This document shows, piece after piece, positions 1-8,901 of a stretch of DNA of 64,000 nucleotides. Origin of the DNA: an uncultured Actinomycetota bacterium (lineage in GTDB: Bacteria; Actinomycetota; Actinomycetes; Mycobacteriales; Mycobacteriaceae); assembly GCA_963715885.1 (NCBI GenBank), contig CAVQSK010000029.1, forward strand, positions 18,401 to 82,400, written 5' to 3'. Both the position numbers and the translations under genes were made by a program. The notes under the pieces are model-generated. The model was not told the origin of the DNA. It did no database searches and was given only the letters and a program-made list of their open reading frames with translations. Positions within the stretch are counted from its first letter, which is position 1, and each line of letters starts with the position of its first letter.

Positions 1-846
1 GATGTCGATGGTCGGCACGTCGATGTTCTCGCCGTATCCGACGACGAGGTAGTCGCCCGCGCGGCGCAGCATCGCTACTCCTTCTGCCGTCGCACCGCCC
101 TCGCCGACGAAGTCGACCACGGTCTCCGCGCCGTGCCCGCCGGTGAGCTCGAGCACCTGCTGTACCTGGGTGCCGTCGGCGACGACGCTTTGGTCGGCAC
201 CGATGGCCTCGGCGAGCTTGAGGGCATCGGGGTTGCGGTCCACCACGATGAGCTCAGCGGGCGACAGCGCTTTGAGCACCTGAATCCCGATGTGGCCCAG
301 TCCTCCTGCGCCGATGACAACGCAGCGGTCGCGGGGCGTGAGCCTGCGCGCGGCCTTCGCCGCGGCGTGGTAGGCGGTGAGGCCGGCGTCGGCCAGCGCG
401 GCGACGTCTGACGGTTCCAGCGAGTCGTCGATCTTGACGACGCTGCGCGCAGACGTCTTCAGATACTCGGCGTAGCCACCGTTGGTGTCGATGCCGGGGA
501 ATTGGTTTGCTTCGCAATGTACGTCATCGCCGGACCGGCAGGCGCGGCACAGCCCGCAGGTGATCAACGGATGCACGATCACCTTGTCGCCCTCGGCGAC
601 GTTGGTCACCGCCGAACCGATGGCGTGCACCCATCCCGCGTTTTCGTGGCCGATCGTGTACGGCAGCTGCACCTGTGACTTCTCGGCCCACTGGCCCTCC
701 AGGATGTGAAGGTCCGTGCGGCACACCCCCGCTCCGCCGATCTTGACGATGACATCGAAGGGCCCGGTGGGGGAGGGGGCCGCTACCTCGGCCATCTCCA
801 GGTTCTGGTGATAGCCGACGACCTGGACGGCTCGCATGGTGCTCAT
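1..846 (-). CDS. NAD(P)-dependent zinc alcohol dehydrogenase (3' end outside window)
   Basis: Manual translation MSTMRAVQVVGYHQNLE...GVCRTDLH...GHENAG...CGLCRAC...C...VIGAGGLGH: zinc ligands and Rossmann motif. Runs off the edge, so absent from the ORF track. Confidence 0.9.
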   Translation of the reverse strand, partial: MSTMRAVQVVGYHQNLEMAEVAAPSPTGPFDVIVKIGGAGVCRTDLHILEGQWAEKSQVQLPYTIGHENAGWVHAIGSAVTNVAEGDKVIVHPLITCGLCRACRSGDDVHCEANQFPGIDTNGGYAEYLKTSARSVVKIDDSLEPSDVAALADAGLTAYHAAAKAARRLTPRDRCVVIGAGGLGHIGIQVLKALSPAELIVVDRNPDALKLAEAIGADQSVVADGTQVQQVLELTGGHGAETVVDFVGEGGATAEGVAMLRRAGDYLVVGYGENIDVPTIDI

Positions 847-1587
847 GATCGTGTTCCTTTCTTGCTAACTGGGGACGGTGACGCCTGCAGCGCGACGAAC
901 GCGGGTGGTTCGTCGCCGTAGCGGGTGCGCAACAGGCCGCGACAGAAGTGGGCATTTCCGTCGATGGAGATGCGAGTCGAGCGGGCCTTCCGGAGCGCCA
1001 TCGGCACCGCGTCCGGTTCGTAGCTCTGGCCGAGATGGTCGACTAAGACGAGATCGTCGGACGCCGTGGATAATCCGAGTGCCTGGCGACGCGTCGTGAA
1101 GCGCCGTCGTCGCTTCGTCGTCGGGTAGGTCGCCGAGCGTCACGTCGCCGACCGATGCCTCGGTGCGGTCCGGATCGGCACGCAGCAATCCGGTGAGGCA
1201 GCGTTCCATCGCGGCGGTGTGCGCCTTGCGGCGGAACGTCTCACGCAGTTCGTCGAGACTCTCGTCGGCCTCGTGGCCGAAGGTGCCGCGGTAGCCGGCA
1301 TCGGCCGCCAGGCCCGTGTTGATGATCGCCGAGTCGTGGTGGTCGTCGAGTTCGACGACGACGCGCCGCGCCCAACCGAGCTTCATCAGAACGTCCTTGG
1401 CGTCCGAGGCCATCAGATAGGCGAAGTTCGGCGAACAGAACGAAGTCGGCAGCCGCAGGTGCACCTTCACGTTCCCCGCAGGGGTCACCGTCAGCGACCG
1501 CACGAACCCGAGGTCGGTGATCGGCTCGTCCAGCTCCGGGTCGACGACCGCGCCGAGCGCGTCGTAGGCCTCCTTGTACCTGCCCAT
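843..1587 (-). CDS. DUF59/metal-sulfur cluster assembly family protein, frameshifted near 1098
   Basis: LGAVVDPELDEPITDLGFV...LRLPTSFCSPNF. After a +1 shift the frame continues RRQALGLS...RISIDGNAHFCRGLLRTRY to a TGA overlapping the ADH start (ATGA). Confidence 0.8.
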
Positions 1588-1588
1588 C

Positions 1589-2626
1589 TCAGGCACCGAC
1601 CAGATTGTCGGCGCCCCGCGGCCCGACCGCGGGCTCGTCGGCGGACGGCAGTTGAAGTTCGGCCGGTACCCCGATGTCGTACATCTTCGCCGCGTTCAGG
1701 CCGAGGATTTTCTTCTTCTGCTCGGTGGTTATCGGCGCGTACTCGCTGAGTTCATCGGGAATCTGGAAGTCCACGAACGACTCGATCAGCCACCGCGGCG
1801 TCCACAGCGCGTAGTCGGAGGCGAACTGGATGCGGTCTTCGCCCACCCAGTAGAGGAGCTCGCCCATGATCTGCCCGAAGTACTTCGGCCGGGTATGGAT
1901 GAACGGCATCGCCACCGCGAGGCCGGCATGCACGTTGGGTTCCTGGGTCGCGATCCAGCAGAAGTCCTCCAGCCGTGGCAGGCCGCAGTGCTCGACGACG
2001 AAGTTCAGATCGGTGAAGTCCGACGCGACGTGGTCGACGTCGGCGACGTCGAACGCGTCGCGGTCCAGCGGCCGGATCGTCGGCCCTTTGTGCACGTGAA
2101 TGTTGCGGATGCCGAGTTCGCGGCACGCCTCGAAGTAGCGGTAGGCCCACGGGTCGTCGAGCCGCCAACCACGGGACTCGCCGTGCCACTCCGCGGTGTA
2201 GAGCTTGACCCCCTTGAGTCCGAACTTCTTGGCGTCCTCGCGGAGCTGGTAGAGGCCGGCCTCGCCGTTACGCGGATCGAAGTTGTGGTTGTACGTCAGC
2301 TTGTCCGGATGTTGGGAGGCGAGCCCGAACGCCTCGTCGGTCTGCCCGAACCCCTTGTAGTAGAACTCGCCGAGCGCGGCCGGCTGGAAGATGGCGTGGT
2401 CGACGTATCCGTCGTCGAACAGGTCCTTCATCAGCCGCTCGCCGCCCTGGTAGAGGTACTCCTCGTAGCTCCACACCTCTGATTCGGGGGATAGGTTGCG
2501 GTGATAGTCGTAGAAGCAGTCGATGAACTGCTTGCCGTGCACGTTGCGTTGATTCTCGGGCCGCGCGTCCCACAGAGCGATGTGGGCGTCGACGATGAAG
2601 TAGCTGGTGTCGTCCTTGCGGTACAT
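1589..2626 (-). CDS. Amidohydrolase family protein (type found in prm/mim monooxygenase clusters)
   Basis: IVDAHIALW, KGVKLY, IHVHKG, VEHCG, FASDY motifs. Confidence 0.9.
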   Translation of the reverse strand: MYRKDDTSYFIVDAHIALWDARPENQRNVHGKQFIDCFYDYHRNLSPESEVWSYEEYLYQGGERLMKDLFDDGYVDHAIFQPAALGEFYYKGFGQTDEAFGLASQHPDKLTYNHNFDPRNGEAGLYQLREDAKKFGLKGVKLYTAEWHGESRGWRLDDPWAYRYFEACRELGIRNIHVHKGPTIRPLDRDAFDVADVDHVASDFTDLNFVVEHCGLPRLEDFCWIATQEPNVHAGLAVAMPFIHTRPKYFGQIMGELLYWVGEDRIQFASDYALWTPRWLIESFVDFQIPDELSEYAPITTEQKKKILGLNAAKMYDIGVPAELQLPSADEPAVGPRGADNLVGA

Positions 2627-2651
2627 GGGGTGGGCTCCTCCCACGGTTGTG

Positions 2652-2667
2652 TGTGACGGCTGTCACA
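2652..2667. promoter_or_regulatory. CRP/GlxR-type binding site
   Basis: Perfect TGTGA-N6-TCACA (TGTGACGGCTGTCACA) 26 bp upstream of the amidohydrolase start. Confidence 0.75.
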
Positions 2668-2716
2668 ACCTGGTGCCGAGCCTAGGAGCGTGAGCGCAGG
2701 CTGCCGAGGCCCCTCG

Positions 2717-2733
2717 TGTCTCAATCTGAGACG
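2717..2733. promoter_or_regulatory. Palindrome, candidate site for the adjacent Fis-HTH activator
   Basis: TGTCTCA-ATC-TGAGACG in the divergent intergenic region. Confidence 0.55.
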
Positions 2734-2774
2734 TCAGACCTACTGCTTGACAGGCCGCCGGATGCCAAGGTGCT

Positions 2775-2790
2775 TGTAACGTGGGTCACA
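2775..2790. promoter_or_regulatory. Second CRP-like site
   Basis: TGTAA-N6-TCACA just upstream of the activator RBS. Confidence 0.5.
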
Positions 2791-2802
2791 GTTAGGAGCA
2801 GC

Positions 2803-4299
2803 GTGTCAGCAGGAGTGCCCGACCGGATCGAGCTGCATGAAGTGCAGCGACGGATGGCCGGCGGCCCCGAGGGGCACCCGGTCCCTCGACGGTTGCTCGC
2901 GTCGTGGCAGCGCAGCGAGGACTACGGGGTGCCGCTCGACGCGGTCGAGCCCGCCTTCACCGGCACCGACGACCTGAGCTCACTGTTCTTTCAGTGCGGC
3001 AACGAAGTGCTCGCCGATTTGCACCGGACGTTGGCCGGCGAGCCCGTCAGCATGATGCTCACCGACGCCGAGGGCGTGGTCCTGTCCCGGTTGTCGGGCG
3101 ACCACAGCCTGTTGCAGGCACTCGATGACGTCCACCTCGCGCCGGGATTCGCCTACTCGGAGCGGGAGGTCGGAACCAACGGTCTGGGCCTCGCGCTCGC
3201 CGACAGGGTGCCGACGCTCGTGCGCGCCGACGAGCACTACTCGTTGAGCCTGTGCACGTTCACGTGCGCGGCGGTCCCCGTCCTCGATCCGTCATCGGGC
3301 AGGCTGGAAGGCAGCGTCAACCTGACCACCTGGTCGCGTTCGTCCAGCGAACTCCTTCTCGCGCTTGCCCGTTCAGCGGCGAGCAACACGACCGCCCTGA
3401 TGCTCGCCCGGTCCAGGGGCCGGCAGTCGCGGCCTACCCCGCGCGGCCAGGTGTTCCGTGTCGAAATACCTAGGCTCGAGCCAGGTTCGGGAACATTGCA
3501 CGCGCTGTCGGACGCGTGGAACGCAACCGTCAACCGCGCCGAGCGGGGTATGGCGAACGGCGGCATCGTCGCTGCGGTGGGCGAGGCCGGCTCGGGCCGG
3601 GCGACGGCGCTAGCGCAAGCTGCGCGCCACACCTACCCACGCGACCGCATCCTCTCGGCCAGTGCGCCCGCCCCGACCGACGTTCAGACGTGGCTTGGGC
3701 TGTGGGCGCCCGAACTCGGCAAGTCGCACACCGTTGTGATCGTCGGCGACGTCGATCTGTTGCCGACGTGGGTCGCCGAAAGACTCCGAGACCTCGTGTT
3801 GCACAGCAGCGCAAGCGCTTCGGTGCCGTTCGCCGTAACCGCCGAACGGTTCGAAGACATTCCGCTCGCGCTAGCGGGCCTCGTTGACACGGTGGTGCCG
3901 GTACCCCCGCTGCGGGACCGGAGCGACGACGTCCTCGCCCTGGCCAACCACGTCGCCACGCGAGTGCGTGGCCGCGAACTCGCCTTCACACCGTCCGCCT
4001 CACGGGCGCTGCGCAACTACGACTGGCCCGGCAACGTCGCCGAGCTGTCCCGCGTCGTCACGCATGCCGCCGGTCGCGCCGACGTCATAGACGTCGCGGA
4101 CCTGCCCCCGCAGGTCCTGGCGGGAACAACCCGCCACCTGTCGCGGATCGAGGCGTTCGAGCGTGGCGAAATCATCCGTGTGCTGGGCGCCGAAGGTTTG
4201 ACGATGGCCGACGCGGCGGTGGAACTCGGGATGAGCCGCGCCACGCTCTACCGCAAGATCGCGCAATACGACATTCACGTCGCGCGCGACAACTCGTGA
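2803..4299 (+). CDS. GAF + degenerate AAA + Fis-HTH transcriptional activator (MimR/AcoR-like)
   Basis: GAF (ERxVGTNGLGLAL...CAAVP), YDWPGNVAEL, C-terminal LGMSRATLYRKI. GTG at 2803 follows an AGGAG RBS. Confidence 0.85.
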   Translation: MSAGVPDRIELHEVQRRMAGGPEGHPVPRRLLASWQRSEDYGVPLDAVEPAFTGTDDLSSLFFQCGNEVLADLHRTLAGEPVSMMLTDAEGVVLSRLSGDHSLLQALDDVHLAPGFAYSEREVGTNGLGLALADRVPTLVRADEHYSLSLCTFTCAAVPVLDPSSGRLEGSVNLTTWSRSSSELLLALARSAASNTTALMLARSRGRQSRPTPRGQVFRVEIPRLEPGSGTLHALSDAWNATVNRAERGMANGGIVAAVGEAGSGRATALAQAARHTYPRDRILSASAPAPTDVQTWLGLWAPELGKSHTVVIVGDVDLLPTWVAERLRDLVLHSSASASVPFAVTAERFEDIPLALAGLVDTVVPVPPLRDRSDDVLALANHVATRVRGRELAFTPSASRALRNYDWPGNVAELSRVVTHAAGRADVIDVADLPPQVLAGTTRHLSRIEAFERGEIIRVLGAEGLTMADAAVELGMSRATLYRKIAQYDIHVARDNS

Positions 4300-4363
4300 A
4301 TCTCTGCGACGGGCGAGTCTCTGAATGATGCTGATTAGCTCGGTTCGGGCTGCCCGCAGTCTC

Positions 4364-4384
4364 TAGAATCGTGCAGGGGAGGGG
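4364..4384 (+). promoter_or_regulatory. Putative -10 box (TAGAAT) and RBS for hcp
   Basis: TAGAAT at 4364-4369, GGGGAGGGG at 4376-4384, ATG at 4390. Confidence 0.45.
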
Positions 4385-4389
4385 CGCCA

Positions 4390-4869
4390 ATGGCCACGGA
4401 CATCTTCGCGAAGATCGGTGACATCAAGGGCGAATCGGTTGATGCCAAGCACAAGGACGAGATCGAGGTGCTCTCGTTCTCCTGGGGTGTCACGAACTCC
4501 GGGTCGGCCGGATCGGGCAGCGGATCAGGCGCCGGCAGGGCGACATTCCAGGATCTGTCTATCGTTCACGGCATCGACAAGGCCACTCCTGCACTCCTCA
4601 AGGCGTGCGCGACCGGACTGCACATCAAAGACGCGACGATCACCCACCGCAAGGCGGGCAAAGGGCAGCAGGAGTACCTCATCATCAGGCTGAACGACGT
4701 GACGATCACCGCCGTCAGCCACGCGGGCGCCGAAGACCAGCCATACGCCGAGTCCGTCAGCCTGAAGTTCGCCAAGGTGGATCTCGAGTACAAGCCACAG
4801 CGGCTCGACGGAACGCTCGATGAGGGCTTGCACTTCAAGTTCGACCTGAAGGCCAACAAGGTCGGGTAG
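4390..4869 (+). CDS. hcp: Type VI secretion tube protein Hcp (Hcp1 family)
   Basis: 159 aa: IFAKIGDIKGES.D..H..EIEVLSFSWG, FQDLSIVHGIDKATPALL, EYLIIRLNDVTI, ESVSLKFAKVDLEY. Confidence 0.92.
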   Translation: MATDIFAKIGDIKGESVDAKHKDEIEVLSFSWGVTNSGSAGSGSGSGAGRATFQDLSIVHGIDKATPALLKACATGLHIKDATITHRKAGKGQQEYLIIRLNDVTITAVSHAGAEDQPYAESVSLKFAKVDLEYKPQRLDGTLDEGLHFKFDLKANKVG

Positions 4870-4871
4870 CG

Positions 4872-6191
4872 GTGGAACCGTCGGAGCCGCGGGAGCTGAC
4901 GGTCGGCGAGGCCATCGCGCTGGCGATCCAGCTGCAAAAGCAGCATCACCTGGCCGAGGCAGCACAGCTCTATGCCCGGGTGCTTGATGTGGCGCCACAC
5001 CATCCAGACGCTCTTCACTACACCGGCCTGCTGGCGCACCAACAGGGCCGAACCGATGAAGCGATCAGCCTCATCGGGCAGAGCCTCGCGCTCAGCCCGA
5101 ATCAGGCGGACTGGCATAGCAATCTCGGGATTGTTTTGCAATCCAACGGCCGACTCGAGGATGCGATTGCCGAGTACGAACGGGCCATTGAGATCGACCC
5201 CGGCCACGCTAACGCGCACAGCAATCTCGGCGTCCTGCTGCGCGCCGCTGGCAGGCCGGAAAAAGCCGAGGCTGCCTACCGAACGGCAATCCGCCTGTGT
5301 CCCGACCATGTGGATGCCTACACGAACCTCGGGATTTTGCTCAATGGCCTGAACCGCGCCAAGGAGGCCTCGGAGTGCTTCTGCAAAGCGATCACGTTGC
5401 GTCCCAAACACCCTGACGCCCGGCGGTTACTTGCATTGGCGCACTGCATGATCGGCGAAGTCGGCGAAGCCGTAAAGATCCTCGAGGAATGGCTGGAGGA
5501 GGATCCCGGTGATCCGATCGCAGAACACATGCTCGCCGCCTGCACCGGCCGCGACGTGCCGTCGCGTGCGTCAAATGCGTTCGTGGAGAAGACTTTCGAC
5601 GCCTTTGCCACCAGTTTCGAGGCCAAGCTCCAGAGCCTGTCATACCGGGCGCCGGACCTCGTTGCAGCCGCACTAGCCGACACCGGAGTCGGCGCCGATG
5701 GCCGGCTCGACATTCTCGACATCGGCTGCGGGACCGGACTGTGCGGGCCACTGCTTCGTCCGTTCGCGTCGCGACTTGTCGGCGTCGACCTGTCTGCCGG
5801 GATGCTCGCCCATGCCAGAGATAAGGACGTCTACACCGACCTACAGCAGTGCGAGGTAACCGAGTTTCTGCGCGCCAGGCGTGAGGCTTTCGACGTCATG
5901 GTGTCGGCCGATACCCTGGTGTACTTCGGTGACCTGCTCGAGTTCTGCGAAGCCGCCGCCAGCGCACTGCGACCCACCGGACTGCTCGTCTTCACGCTCG
6001 AACATGCTGTAGGAGAGGACAATATCGACTACCGGCTGGAACTACACGGTCGCTACAGCCACAGTCTCGCGTACGTGAAGCGAGTGCTCACCCAGTCAGG
6101 ACTTACCGCCGAAGCCAAATCCGCGGACCTTCGCAACGAGGCCGGCGCACCCGTCGAGGGTTTGGTGGTCCGGGCGACGAAGCCGGCCTGA
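4872..6191 (+). CDS. TPR-repeat protein with C-terminal SAM-dependent methyltransferase
   Basis: About 5-6 TPRs (HSNLG.LL repeats) followed by LDIGCGTG motif I; starts 2 bp after the hcp stop. Confidence 0.88.
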   Translation: MEPSEPRELTVGEAIALAIQLQKQHHLAEAAQLYARVLDVAPHHPDALHYTGLLAHQQGRTDEAISLIGQSLALSPNQADWHSNLGIVLQSNGRLEDAIAEYERAIEIDPGHANAHSNLGVLLRAAGRPEKAEAAYRTAIRLCPDHVDAYTNLGILLNGLNRAKEASECFCKAITLRPKHPDARRLLALAHCMIGEVGEAVKILEEWLEEDPGDPIAEHMLAACTGRDVPSRASNAFVEKTFDAFATSFEAKLQSLSYRAPDLVAAALADTGVGADGRLDILDIGCGTGLCGPLLRPFASRLVGVDLSAGMLAHARDKDVYTDLQQCEVTEFLRARREAFDVMVSADTLVYFGDLLEFCEAAASALRPTGLLVFTLEHAVGEDNIDYRLELHGRYSHSLAYVKRVLTQSGLTAEAKSADLRNEAGAPVEGLVVRATKPA

Positions 6192-6275
6192 GGCACACGC
6201 CAACGGGCGGTTCGAGTAGACGGGAAGGCATGGTTCCATTCGTCGCGCGGTGCACTTGAACTGGCCGGGACCGAC

Positions 6276-6884
6276 TTATCGTTCCGGTTGCGCACTGCAT
6301 AACTGTTCTGCGACGAAATCGGCTGTCAATTCGTGCCATCGGTGCCAATGCCGAATCAGGTAATGGCCTGCCCCCTGCAACGCAAGCCATTGGGCATCGC
6401 CGCCGCGCAACCGTGCACGCTCCGTTTGAGCGCGCGACGCATCAGCGTCGGTCCAGGTGTCGGCGGTTCCGTGCAGCACTCGCAGGCGACAGCCAACCGG
6501 GATCTGGTCGGAGTCGTTTCGCGGCCACCAAGGTGCAAGCGCCACCACTGCCCCCGCATCGTGGTTGGTACTCAAGTGCGCAGCCACCCGGGCACCCATC
6601 GAATGGCCGACGAGCACTATCTGTGTCGGGTCGAACTGGCGACGAAGAGCGGCCAGCGCAGACGCGGCGTCGACGACGGCATCGCGACCTCCTTCGTTCC
6701 ATCCGCGCATCCGGTAGCGCATCCTCTGCACTTGCACCGTTGGACCAAGGCGCCGCCGTAGTGACTGCGACAGAAACGCCATTCGTAAATTGGCGGCATG
6801 CCACGGGTGGGAGGGCTGCGTGCTGTACGGCTTGCCGCCGGGGAGGACCAGCACGGCACCTGCGGATGGCACATTCGTCGTCAC
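6276..6884 (-). CDS. Alpha/beta hydrolase
   Basis: GHSMG nucleophile elbow, HGTADTW, GAGH. Confidence 0.85.
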   Translation of the reverse strand: MTTNVPSAGAVLVLPGGKPYSTQPSHPWHAANLRMAFLSQSLRRRLGPTVQVQRMRYRMRGWNEGGRDAVVDAASALAALRRQFDPTQIVLVGHSMGARVAAHLSTNHDAGAVVALAPWWPRNDSDQIPVGCRLRVLHGTADTWTDADASRAQTERARLRGGDAQWLALQGAGHYLIRHWHRWHELTADFVAEQLCSAQPER

Positions 6885-7012
6885 GATAGATATTCGTAGT
6901 CAGGCCTTTCGCGGTTTGGGTCAACACCCTGCGGTGTATCCGCAGTGTCGTTTCGCGTCGTTTCGCGTTGTGAATCCTGACATTTGACCAGGTCAGCGCG
7001 ATCTCTGTGCCT

Positions 7013-7037
7013 GGTTCGATTCCCGGCAGCTCCACCA
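7013..7037 (+). other. Isolated copy of the tmRNA (ssrA) 3' end; att-site-like scar
   Basis: GGTTCGATTCCCGGCAGCTCCACCA matches my recollection of the mycobacterial tmRNA T-arm/acceptor end. Upstream DNA is not tmRNA-like. Confidence 0.65.
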
Positions 7038-7101
7038 GAGAGGGCCCAGGTGAGGGACAAAATCCCGAGCCTGGACGCCGCCTGAGCCACGAGCAGGAAG
7101 C

Positions 7102-7126
7102 GGCTTTCATCGCCCCGGCGAAAGCC
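7102..7126. terminator. Stem-loop, possible terminator
   Basis: GGCTTT..CGCC-CC-GGCG.AAAGCC inverted repeat. Confidence 0.35.
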
Positions 7127-7218
7127 CCGTCATATTGGGCATAACGAGGCTTCCTCGATGGCCTCGCGGAGTTGTCTTCGTGAGACGATCGTCGAGTGCC
7201 CAACGAGCTGAGCATCTG

Positions 7219-7932
7219 GTGACCGTGGTCCTCGCACTTCGTTGTGCCAACGGAGTCGTGATGGCGTCCGACTCGCAAATCACCGACGGGGCTAGGGGCC
7301 TGAGCTACCCTGCGCAGAAGCTGCACCCCCTCGGCTCCCACGCCGCGTGGGGCGGCAGCGGATCGCGCGCGGTGCTCTACGACGTCGAGCAGATCTTCAA
7401 TGCCGAGGCTGACGCCGTCGTCGAGGCGCCGGACATCGGGCACGCACTGCAGGACCGGTTGCTGCCGGTGTTCAAGCATCATTACGCGAACTTCATCCAG
7501 GACGTCCCAGGGCAGAAATCCGCTGGCACACCCGCCACCTACGTACTGGCCGCGGGCTACTCCGGCGATGTTCCCTTCATCGTGGATCTTGACCCAAACG
7601 GGTTGATCGGGCATTACGAGGAGATCGGCTTCCAGGCCGTCGGCAGCGGTGCACCGATGGCCCAGCAGGCGCACGCGCTGTTGGGGCATTTCCGGATGAC
7701 CGAGCGGGACGTCGAATATGGCGTGGTGGCGGCGTTACGCGTGCTCGATGCGCTTGACGCGACGTCGCCGAGCGTCGGCGCTCCCATGGACATTTGTCGC
7801 ATCAGCCCGGACGGGGCTCGGCACTTCAGCCCGGACGAGGTCGAGGGGGTTCGCAATCAGGTGAGTCGGTGGGTTGAGCTCGAAAACCGAACACTGGATC
7901 AGCTTTTCGATGCGAAGAAGCTCAGCATCTAG
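7219..7932 (+). CDS. Proteasome beta-like Ntn hydrolase
   Basis: GTG start gives (M)TVVLALRCANGVVMASDSQIT with N-terminal Thr; also AVGSG and SVG motifs. Confidence 0.75.
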   Translation: MTVVLALRCANGVVMASDSQITDGARGLSYPAQKLHPLGSHAAWGGSGSRAVLYDVEQIFNAEADAVVEAPDIGHALQDRLLPVFKHHYANFIQDVPGQKSAGTPATYVLAAGYSGDVPFIVDLDPNGLIGHYEEIGFQAVGSGAPMAQQAHALLGHFRMTERDVEYGVVAALRVLDALDATSPSVGAPMDICRISPDGARHFSPDEVEGVRNQVSRWVELENRTLDQLFDAKKLSI

Positions 7933-8127
7933 CGTGCGGCAGCGGGCCGTGCTCGTGCGTCGCAGTGTTTCGGTTTTCAACCGCACGTGATCGCACTGTC
8001 CCACAGCTTGTTAGTAGTCAAGTGGGGTGATCTTCAGGAAGCGCCGAGCTGACGGAGTCGGCGGCTAACGCCACGTTTCGCTCCGCTAGCTCGGCATCCT
8101 CACCGGTACGAGGACGGTTAGTAAGGG

Positions 8128-8283
8128 TTAGTAGTAGTGGCGCCGGCCGCCTACAGGGCGTCCCGCTGAACCCAGGATCGCGAGAACGACGCCGATGATC
8201 AGCAGGACTATTCCGATGGTCCACAAAATCGATATCTTCAGCAAGAATCCGGCAATGAGCAAGATGATTCCAAGAACGATCAC
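8128..8283 (-). CDS. Small membrane protein, DUF6131-like (51 aa)
   Basis: MIVLGIILLIAGFLLKISILWTIGIVLLIIGVVLAILGSAGRPVGGRRHYY; below the ORF-track cutoff. Confidence 0.8.
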   Translation of the reverse strand: MIVLGIILLIAGFLLKISILWTIGIVLLIIGVVLAILGSAGRPVGGRRHYY

Positions 8284-8360
8284 GATGGGGGCCTTTCTAT
8301 TTCGCGCAGGCTGTGCGCTGTCGGATACGTCGAGCCGTTGCGCGACTCTGGCTCCAGTCC

Positions 8361-8401
8361 ACCACCCCTAAGAGGGGTAGTACTACACCCCTAGGGAGGT
8401 A
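8361..8401. promoter_or_regulatory. Tandem 18-bp imperfect palindromes (pair 1)
   Basis: ACCACCCCTAAGAGGGGT at 8361 and TACACCCCTAGGGAGGTA at 8384. Confidence 0.6.
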
Positions 8402-8472
8402 ATCTAGAGCACCGCGACCATGTTGTTCTTTAACCAAGCTCGACTTGAGCAGTCAGCCGATGAGCAACACAA

Positions 8473-8901
8473 TCAGAGTGATTGGGTAGGAGCTGGTTCG
8501 TCGTTCGTGCAGCGAAGATCGCGCAACGCGTCGGAGAGGGTGGGATAGATCACCAGGATGGCGTCGATTCCGAGCAGCCTGATCGGCCTGCTGGTGGCTG
8601 CCCCATCGGCGACGATCCCGAATCGCACTGACATCGCATCAGCCGCCTCCTGCGCCGCCACCAGAACGCTCATTCCCACGGAGGCAAGGAAGTTCACCTC
8701 GGTGAGGTCAACGATGAGTCCGGTCGGCGCATTTCTGAGCGCATCACAGATCGCCTTTGTGAGCTGTGGTGCGCTGAGCATGTCAACCGCATCACTAGCG
8801 GACAACACCACGAGCCGGTCGCTCCAGCATTCCTGCACCTCGAAGCGGCGTTGGTGTGCGGAGACGGCGGAGTTGGCCGGTTCGGCGGGATGATCGACCA
8901 T
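8473..8901 (-). CDS. STAS-domain anti-sigma factor antagonist
   Basis: LIVDLTEVNFLASVGMSVL motif with conserved Ser. Confidence 0.88.
   Translation of the reverse strand: MVDHPAEPANSAVSAHQRRFEVQECWSDRLVVLSASDAVDMLSAPQLTKAICDALRNAPTGLIVDLTEVNFLASVGMSVLVAAQEAADAMSVRFGIVADGAATSRPIRLLGIDAILVIYPTLSDALRDLRCTNDEPAPTQSL

Noticed and set aside
4390-6191. Functional type VI secretion system
   Set aside because: None of the other core components is in the window
7013-7037. tRNA gene
   Set aside because: Only a T-arm and acceptor end are present; there is no D-arm, anticodon arm or matching 5' strand
6442-7689. 415-aa minus-strand ORF containing LVELPGIEPG
   Set aside because: That peptide is the antisense reading of the tmRNA end, and the ORF overlaps real genes
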